Shown one piece after another: positions 57,242 to 64,000 of a stretch of DNA of 64,000 bases; position 1 is the first letter of the stretch, and the number at the start of each line of letters is the position of its first letter. This DNA comes from an uncultured virus (IMG/VR IMGVR_UViG_3300020056_000009). Taxonomy: Duplodnaviria > Heunggongvirae > Uroviricota > Caudoviricetes. The position numbers were made by a program, and so were the translations under genes. The notes below the pieces were generated by a model. That model saw nothing but the letters and a program-made list of their open reading frames with translations, made no database searches and was not told where the DNA came from. The stretch lies in IMG/VR virus record IMGVR_UViG_3300020056_000009. One strand, written 5' to 3'.

Positions 57242-59869
57242 ATGTATGATAACAATCCTTTTCCATCTATGGCTGGTAGCCAAATCCTAAAAGATATGTT
57301 TAAGGCCATTTATCGACCAGACCCTTCTGACGACAATAAGTTAGCCGAAGGAGTTCGAGAAAATAGAAATTATTTCAATTCTCATAAAGCGGCTATGGTA
57401 AATCTTATGAAGCGTTTTTTGGGAGGTTATGAACCTATCGAAGAAAATAACTCTATGGATTCCGGAATCTATGTTTGTGATCCTAATTTTGGTGGTTGCG
57501 GTCGAGCCGATTTCATGTATAATTGGGAATTTGTAGACATGGGAGTTTATGATGCTCGTAATTGGTTAGGTTCTTTAGAATTAAAACAAGATAAAATTTG
57601 GGCTCAACGAGGATTCCCCGTCATTACCCGAGTTCGCTGCAATGATTACAATCATTGTCAAGACTGTAATGCTACTTTTGCAACTCGAACCAGAGGCCGT
57701 AGTTGTATTTATTGTGGTAGTAATAACACCCAAGGTGGTGGTTGTGGAAAAGAACATTTTGCAGTCCATTTAGTTCGTGAAACTACGGCTGATAATATTG
57801 AGGCCCAAACCCTTCCGGCTATTAAACCCACTAACTATGTTTTGGGAACTATGCGTGGTAAACCAGCACAAATTTCTTCCAGTAAACCGTTTGCTTTTAG
57901 ATTGACTTATGCCGGAGTTCCTAACGACCAAAGAATTACTTCTTTTCAACAGGCTTGTGATTATATTCCTAATTTAGAAGTAGGTTATGAAGCCTCTTCA
58001 GATGGTTATACCTTTTATCGACCTAATCGATTGGTTTCTTCCGAGGGTGAGGAAACTTTCTTTGGAACGCCCTCACTTAATCCTACTGATAGCAGACAAA
58101 TTATGAATGGTCAAACTGATTCTAAAGGCAATAGTTGGTTTTTAGACCCTGAAGTTGCCGATCTTGAATTCATTGATATGAATCGATATAGTAGTTCCTC
58201 TGAAAAAATGAGATCTAAATTATTGGATTTTAACTCTGAACCTTCTCGCTATCCACTCAGTAAACTTCGTTTTGCCTTTACTATGGAACCGCAATTAGTT
58301 TGCACTAATCACGCTTCCTATTATGGTTCCGGAAACCGAATGTTGTGGGGACTTGCGGGGCAAGTCACTTGTCCTAAATGTGGTCGAACCAATCAACCGT
58401 ATGAACGAAGAGATCGATCTACCGGAGCGATTACCCGAGAATGTCGGTCTTGTAATTTTGATATTACTCTTCTACCTCCTTTTTCATCACCCCGTCCTCT
58501 TAGTTTGTGTCCCGAATGCGGTAATAACACCGACCCTATTAACATTCGAGAAATTAAATCGGGAGTTAAGGGTAAATTGATTTATCCTCGTAAAAAATTA
58601 TTTATTAAAGCCGACCCCAAGATTTTCCCACTCCAAGTTCAAGGAAAAGCCAACACTCTTCCCGGAAGCAGAACACTTTTGATGGTTACTGACGATGATG
58701 AAGATGGATACAGTTACGAATTACATTTGGCCGATAAATACACTACCCTGATGGTTCCTAATTCTTTAGAACAGGCTCAAGGATTATTAGGAATGGGTGA
58801 TGGTGCTTCTGGCTCGGCTTCAGATTCTTGCCCCAAAGATAATATGTGCTCTCTTACCGGAGAACCCTTATCAGCATCTATGGGACCCTCAGGACCTATT
58901 GCACCTGCCGGAGCACCGGTTCCCGACCCCGAAGGATGTTGTATTCTTCCTGATGGAAATCTAATCAATACTACGGAATTAGGCTGTTTGGCCCTTAATG
59001 GAAATTATCAAGGCGATGGCACAGATGTGGCAGATTATATGACTACTCGTTCTGCTTCTCTAACTTATCCCGAATCAGGAGTTTCCTTCCCAGCGTTTTC
59101 ATGGATTGTTTGTGAAGGTCACGCCCAATCAGCCTATCGAAATAATCGTCGAAAGTGGGTTGATATGTCAGTTCCTAATAGAGTTTATCGAGATCCTAAT
59201 ACCGGAGAATCAGGAACTTTGCGAACATTCCCTCGCTTTAGTGAAGGGCCCAATTATGACCCTCGAACCAAAATTATGGTAGGTTCTCCCCCTGCACCTG
59301 AAATGGCTCGTCGCAGTAAATATCAATGGATGAATCCTCGGACTCACATGATGATGGATATTTTTAAGCATTGTTCTATTAACTTGCGAGGCAGATCTCC
59401 TGACTCGGCTTTTGCCAACCCCACTCACCGACCTAAGGCTCGGGGTTATGTTGAACTTGATGCTAATACCATTGCTCCTCTCTACACTTGTCGCACTTGT
59501 TTGAGTATGATGACTTATGGAAGAGATTTAGCCTTTAAGAATGACTCTTCAGGAGCCGGTAATCCCTATGGTAAACCTTGGACTACTATTGGAGGTGCTG
59601 CTAATCTAAGAGAGGCATGGAATGATGGACGCCCTGAAAAGTATTATCCCGGAGTCGAAGTCATGTGGGAACGACGAAAAGCAGGACAATATACAGGATG
59701 GATTGATGATAACACCCCCAGTTTCTTGCCTCGTCGTATCGATGTTTATTCGGAAGCCATTTTGCATATGGAGATTAAAACTACGCAACAAGAAAACGGA
59801 TGGTGGGCGTGGATTCATGACCAAACCATTTATCAGATGTCAAAAACCCCCGGTTCATATATTATTTAG
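57242..59869 (+). CDS. 875-aa multi-Zn-ribbon protein
   Basis: CQDC, CIYC, CPKC, CRSC, CPEC, CRTC; GAGGTGATATTATG SD. Confidence 0.85.
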   Translation: MYDNNPFPSMAGSQILKDMFKAIYRPDPSDDNKLAEGVRENRNYFNSHKAAMVNLMKRFLGGYEPIEENNSMDSGIYVCDPNFGGCGRADFMYNWEFVDMGVYDARNWLGSLELKQDKIWAQRGFPVITRVRCNDYNHCQDCNATFATRTRGRSCIYCGSNNTQGGGCGKEHFAVHLVRETTADNIEAQTLPAIKPTNYVLGTMRGKPAQISSSKPFAFRLTYAGVPNDQRITSFQQACDYIPNLEVGYEASSDGYTFYRPNRLVSSEGEETFFGTPSLNPTDSRQIMNGQTDSKGNSWFLDPEVADLEFIDMNRYSSSSEKMRSKLLDFNSEPSRYPLSKLRFAFTMEPQLVCTNHASYYGSGNRMLWGLAGQVTCPKCGRTNQPYERRDRSTGAITRECRSCNFDITLLPPFSSPRPLSLCPECGNNTDPINIREIKSGVKGKLIYPRKKLFIKADPKIFPLQVQGKANTLPGSRTLLMVTDDDEDGYSYELHLADKYTTLMVPNSLEQAQGLLGMGDGASGSASDSCPKDNMCSLTGEPLSASMGPSGPIAPAGAPVPDPEGCCILPDGNLINTTELGCLALNGNYQGDGTDVADYMTTRSASLTYPESGVSFPAFSWIVCEGHAQSAYRNNRRKWVDMSVPNRVYRDPNTGESGTLRTFPRFSEGPNYDPRTKIMVGSPPAPEMARRSKYQWMNPRTHMMMDIFKHCSINLRGRSPDSAFANPTHRPKARGYVELDANTIAPLYTCRTCLSMMTYGRDLAFKNDSSGAGNPYGKPWTTIGGAANLREAWNDGRPEKYYPGVEVMWERRKAGQYTGWIDDNTPSFLPRRIDVYSEAILHMEIKTTQQENGWWAWIHDQTIYQMSKTPGSYII

Positions 59870-59880
59870 GAAGTGAAAAA

Positions 59881-60918
59881 ATGAGTGGAATTAGTAGTAG
59901 TGCCTCGGGCGGACCTTGTAATTATCAAGGTAATAGTGTTGCCATTGAAGATGAAGATGATGATAACGATTTCGTTAATCCTTTGGAATACTTCTTTGAA
60001 GAAATTGCCCCACCCTATGTAGATTCTCCTAAAGCCCAACGCTATCCTGAAGTTCCTATTCGCACCACAGATTGGGATATCAGTCAAGGAACCAAACCAG
60101 CCATTAAATCTACTTTAGTGCCATTCCCTTTTCCAGGAACAGGTCCTGCTATGCTGGTAGACCAACCGATTCCTAAAGGCACCGAAGGAAAAAACACCGC
60201 TATTTTGATTTCTATTGATCGTTCAGGATCTATGGGTGGCAATGCCTTCCCCGTTCAAGGTCGAAGTCTAAGCCGTATTGAAGTGGCTCGTGGAATTGTT
60301 TGTGCTCTCATTAGATTGGCTCAAAATCAAGGTGACCATTTCGCAGTATTATCATGGGGCTCCGGTGTTTATACCGAATGGCCCCAATCACCACCCGGCA
60401 ATTTGGATTCGTGGGCGATGCCTTTGTCTACCAACTATGATGAAGCCTTAGATTATTTTAAACAATATGAATCAGGAGGCAACTGTCCTTATCCACCTAT
60501 TCCTTGCACCGATGGAACTACTTTCCAATTTGCTACCCAAGCCTTAGTAGATAAAATTCGTGGGACGGGAATGGAATCCGTTATTTCTTTTGTAGTCACC
60601 GATGCTTTTGCAGATTATGGTAGCAACGGGGCCCGAAATATGTTTTCAGGATTCTTTAGTCCTGATCAAGCCACCGGAATTCCGATGGACACTATGCTTC
60701 GTCGTGGGGATTCTGCAGTTTATTATTTCGGTATTGACAACTTAGGCAACGCTCCTACTTGCCGAAGAACTGCCGAACAATTGAATCAAATGATTGACGA
60801 CCATTATGGAAAACCACAACGACCCAAATCGGCTCACTTCTTCCCCTTAGACCCCGCTAATCCTAATGCGGCTCGTGAAATGGCAGAACTTATGTTAGAA
60901 TTGGCAGAACACGATTAA
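59881..60918 (+). CDS. von Willebrand factor A domain protein
   Basis: MIDAS IDRSGSM, DGTTF, FVVTDA. Confidence 0.88.
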   Translation: MSGISSSASGGPCNYQGNSVAIEDEDDDNDFVNPLEYFFEEIAPPYVDSPKAQRYPEVPIRTTDWDISQGTKPAIKSTLVPFPFPGTGPAMLVDQPIPKGTEGKNTAILISIDRSGSMGGNAFPVQGRSLSRIEVARGIVCALIRLAQNQGDHFAVLSWGSGVYTEWPQSPPGNLDSWAMPLSTNYDEALDYFKQYESGGNCPYPPIPCTDGTTFQFATQALVDKIRGTGMESVISFVVTDAFADYGSNGARNMFSGFFSPDQATGIPMDTMLRRGDSAVYYFGIDNLGNAPTCRRTAEQLNQMIDDHYGKPQRPKSAHFFPLDPANPNAAREMAELMLELAEHD

Positions 60919-60960
60919 GCAACATAAAAGTTCATATAGTAGAACCGCCTAAGAATAATC

Positions 60961-62124
60961 ATGTCTGAAGTAATTGATTTACCAGACCGTGTGGTTTTGG
61001 GTAAAGATATTCACTTCCCTGCTTATGGCAGCGATTCTATTATTTCTCAAGTGCTTTTCGTTACCGGAAAGCGTGGCTCTGGGAAATCTTGGACTGCTGC
61101 CGTGATTATGGAAGAGTATCATCGATTAGGACTCCAATTCGTTTGTTTCGATGCTCTTGACGCTCACGGTCATATTGGCGAACAATTACCCAATGTAGTT
61201 CCCCTTCGTCCCGGACCAGCGGAAACCATTAATATGAAAGAATTGGTAGAAACTCTCCGAAACACTCCCAAATCAGTTATTATTTCTATGGCGGGAATGC
61301 CCTTAGCCAAACAACAAGAAATGATTACCGAATATTGTGAGGCATTGTTAGAAGGCACTTTAGGAAAAGGAATTATGACTGTCTTTGAAGAATGTCAAGA
61401 CTTTATTCCTCAAATGGGCAAACCTAACTCGGCTGATGCTATTGTCCGACTTTGTAAATTGGGTCGGGCTTTAGGCTATGGAGCCACTTTGATTTCTCAG
61501 CGACCTGCGGGTGTTGGCAAAGAAGCACTTTCTCAGGCTTCTATTTACCTCGTTCACAATGTTATTAACGCTCGGGATCTCAAAGCCCTTGATGACCAAT
61601 TGTCTTTCGGAACTGATAAAAAAACCATTAAGCGAATGTTGGATGGTATCGCTAAAGCCAAAAAAGGAGAAGTTATTGCCTATGCTCCCGAGTTTTATCG
61701 AGATCGAGGTTATGTCGTCGTTGGTAAAATCCGAGGAGATCGAAAAACCGAACACAAAGGTCACAACATTGAAGTCAAAGATGCTCGGGAACGATTTTCT
61801 GAAGAAATTGATGACCATCGATCGTTATCTTCTTTAGACCGTCCTTTAGAAATCAACAAACCCCCGGTATCTAAACCCACTTTTTCTACTAATGTTGGTG
61901 GTGGCGTAGTCCCCCCATCAACTAAGGAAATTTTGATTCCTACCGAAAAGAAATCCGAGTGGTCACCAGAACCCGAAGAACCTGATTTTGAATATGATTT
62001 AGAATCCGAATCGGATTCGGAAGAATCTGATGTTAATCCTGTTGTCGTAGCCACTTTTGTCGGCGGAGTTATTCTCACCGGAACTTTAGGTTTCTTGGTT
62101 TATCGTGGCTTTAATTCAGCATGA
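60961..62124 (+). CDS. HerA/FtsK-superfamily ATPase with C-terminal membrane anchor
   Basis: GKRGSGKS, VFEECQ, LGRALG, ISQRP; ends VVVATFVGGVILTGTLGFLVYR. Confidence 0.88.
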   Translation: MSEVIDLPDRVVLGKDIHFPAYGSDSIISQVLFVTGKRGSGKSWTAAVIMEEYHRLGLQFVCFDALDAHGHIGEQLPNVVPLRPGPAETINMKELVETLRNTPKSVIISMAGMPLAKQQEMITEYCEALLEGTLGKGIMTVFEECQDFIPQMGKPNSADAIVRLCKLGRALGYGATLISQRPAGVGKEALSQASIYLVHNVINARDLKALDDQLSFGTDKKTIKRMLDGIAKAKKGEVIAYAPEFYRDRGYVVVGKIRGDRKTEHKGHNIEVKDARERFSEEIDDHRSLSSLDRPLEINKPPVSKPTFSTNVGGGVVPPSTKEILIPTEKKSEWSPEPEEPDFEYDLESESDSEESDVNPVVVATFVGGVILTGTLGFLVYRGFNSA

Positions 62125-62167
62125 TTTTAGGGAAAATCATAAATAGGTGGCAACCAAAAGGTTGCCC

Positions 62168-62959
62168 ATGATGTTAGGCGAAGCCTATTACAAAAGATTT
62201 CATTTACAGATTCCTGAAGAAGATCTGCGACTCTCCGACCATGATTTTAGTCTTAAATATGAGGGCTTAAGCCCTCAAGACCTCTTTTCAGGACTAACTC
62301 TTTATTTTTATGCTCGTAAAACCACTCGTTCTGAAGGACGCAACCGATCTTTATTTGTTAATTCTCAATCAGGATTACAAGAAGCCTGTTTTGATGAAGA
62401 TATGGTAGGCCCAATTGCTTGGACTATTACCGGAGATACTAAACGATGGATTCCAATTACTCCTGCAAACAATCCTGTAGAACCTCTCAAACCACAGGGG
62501 TCTTCAAACCAAATTGATTTTGCGGCAGAATCAACCGAAGGCCAAATTTCTTGGACTATTCCTATTCGGTGGCAAACTTGTGCGGAATTTAGGGTGCCTC
62601 GTTTAAACATCAAAGAATGCAATCCTCAATTTGTCGTCGGGGCCCCCGGTTTTACCAATCGTAATTACAAGTTTAAAGGTAAATCTAAACCCAAATTAGG
62701 TGCGGGATTTATTGTTAAGGCTGAACAAGTAACTTATGATGAACGAGAATATGATAATCACCATATCAAAAATTTATCAGACCTACAAGGCAAACCCGCT
62801 TGGTTTTATGTTCCCGTCAATTATGTTAATCCCAAAGCACTTTGGGAAGGCAACAAAACTTTAGGAATTACTATTAATTATCCCGTTACAGGCTTTTTAG
62901 AGTCTTTAGGATTAGTAGAAAGATTACCACCCAAATTCCATATGAATGCTAAACTATAA
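62168..62959 (+). CDS. hypothetical protein
   Basis: promoter-hairpin GGCAACC-aaaa-GGTTGCC; internal FAAE. Confidence 0.8.
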   Translation: MMLGEAYYKRFHLQIPEEDLRLSDHDFSLKYEGLSPQDLFSGLTLYFYARKTTRSEGRNRSLFVNSQSGLQEACFDEDMVGPIAWTITGDTKRWIPITPANNPVEPLKPQGSSNQIDFAAESTEGQISWTIPIRWQTCAEFRVPRLNIKECNPQFVVGAPGFTNRNYKFKGKSKPKLGAGFIVKAEQVTYDEREYDNHHIKNLSDLQGKPAWFYVPVNYVNPKALWEGNKTLGITINYPVTGFLESLGLVERLPPKFHMNAKL

Positions 62960-62985
62960 ATAGTCGGAACGATACTATTCTAACT

Positions 62986-63339
62986 ATGCTTCTAAACGAT
63001 GTGCCTGTAATTCAAGACCAAAACACCGGAGTATCTTGCTTCCCTTGGGAATCAGATATGGGTGCAGTCCACTCTTTTGACCTCAACAACTCTTCCGCTA
63101 TGACGGATTCTACTTTGGGCATGGTCGCTAAGGAAGATACCATGACGGAAGCCAATGTTACCAAAGAAGATGAAGAATCTGTCCAACAAGATGATGGTCA
63201 AGGCGAATCCGAATCAGATCTTGAAACCAAGGCTGCAGAAGGCACGACTTCCGGAATCGATTTCAAGAAGTTGGGTGTTATGGCTTTGGTAGGCGTTGGT
63301 GCTTACTCTGTTGTCACCATGATTCTTAACCGATATTGA
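62986..63339 (+). CDS. acidic tail-anchored protein
   Basis: KAAE; ends LGVMALVGVGAYSVVTMILNRY. Confidence 0.8.
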   Translation: MLLNDVPVIQDQNTGVSCFPWESDMGAVHSFDLNNSSAMTDSTLGMVAKEDTMTEANVTKEDEESVQQDDGQGESESDLETKAAEGTTSGIDFKKLGVMALVGVGAYSVVTMILNRY

Positions 63340-63376
63340 GTAAAAGTATAAATAGTAGAAGCAAGGAGTAATCATT

Positions 63377-64000
63377 ATGGCACGAGTAATCGGAAAATCC
63401 ACAGTATTGCCTGATGGACCTTACCAACCTAACCTACCTCAATTACCACAAGTCTCTTTGACTCGTGATACTTTGTCGGCTCACAACGCTATGGGTCAAT
63501 CACTCAGCGTAGCCGCCCCTCGACCCGCAGCACCCGTTATTAACACCCCTGCTTTTAATGTTCCTGAAGGTGAAGGACTTTCTCTTGAAGAAATCCTACT
63601 TGGTGGTGGATTCGGACAAGGTGTTGTTCCTAACGCTCCTCGCCCCGCACCAACCAAGATTGGTATGCCTAAACTAAATCTCAGTTCACTTCAACAATCA
63701 CGACAATCCGATTTCGATGTTAATGCTTACGCCCTTATGGGACAACGCATTACACCTGAAGGACAATACCTACGACCCAGCCATATGCAAGAAATCTATG
63801 GTGATATGGACCACACTCCCAATGTGGCTCACTTAGACCGTGTTCGTCCTGAAACTATGATGCCTACTTTTGATGTGCATCAACCCACAGAATACTTCGG
63901 TAACAACCCTGCTTTCGAAGTAGACCGTGCTGCAATTCGACCCACCAACCCCCGTCTACTTAGTAGCGGTGCCCCACAAGTGAATGTGCCTCGCACCGAG
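63377..64000 (+). CDS. Pro-rich hypothetical protein, truncated by the window end
   Basis: TATAAATAG 30 nt upstream; MARVIGKSTVLP... open to 64000. Confidence 0.75.
   Translation, partial: MARVIGKSTVLPDGPYQPNLPQLPQVSLTRDTLSAHNAMGQSLSVAAPRPAAPVINTPAFNVPEGEGLSLEEILLGGGFGQGVVPNAPRPAPTKIGMPKLNLSSLQQSRQSDFDVNAYALMGQRITPEGQYLRPSHMQEIYGDMDHTPNVAHLDRVRPETMMPTFDVHQPTEYFGNNPAFEVDRAAIRPTNPRLLSSGAPQVNVPRTE

Overview
The window looks like part of a large archaeal virus or extrachromosomal element. Genes are densely packed and mostly on the + strand. No rRNA, tRNA, CRISPR array, or recognisable major capsid or terminase gene was found. Expression signals are archaeal: a TATAWATAG(NNG) box ~30 nt before leaderless start codons, and GAGGTGA Shine-Dalgarno sites on internal genes. 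PCNA, an ERCC4 nuclease, an AGCLG lipobox protein and DxDGDG-repeat proteins suggest a euryarchaeal/Thermoplasmatota-type host (inference). Recognisable genes: UvsE, 5'-3' exonuclease, ERCC4/XPF, PCNA, class II RNR, ATP-dependent ligase, three DNA methyltransferase-family genes, ABC-ATPase plus GNAT, nucleoside deoxyribosyltransferase, HNH and PD-(D/E)xK nucleases, Get3/ArsA ATPase, pyruvyl transferase, and a MoxR/HExxH-peptidase/Zn-ribbon/vWA/HerA block. Unexplained patterns: (1) sequence-variable inverted repeats filling the TATA-to-ATG spacer of many promoters; (2) a Get3-like ATPase alongside ~9 tail-anchored proteins; (3) an x-x-A-E/D motif at module boundaries, possibly a protease site; (4) shared terminal peptide tags (IINWL, AIN[YKR]) on many unrelated small proteins; (5) ribosomal-stalk-like GLGSLF tails; (6) five co-oriented copies of the 14-mer GGGTCTTGAAGACA. 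All calls were made by eye, without database searches.
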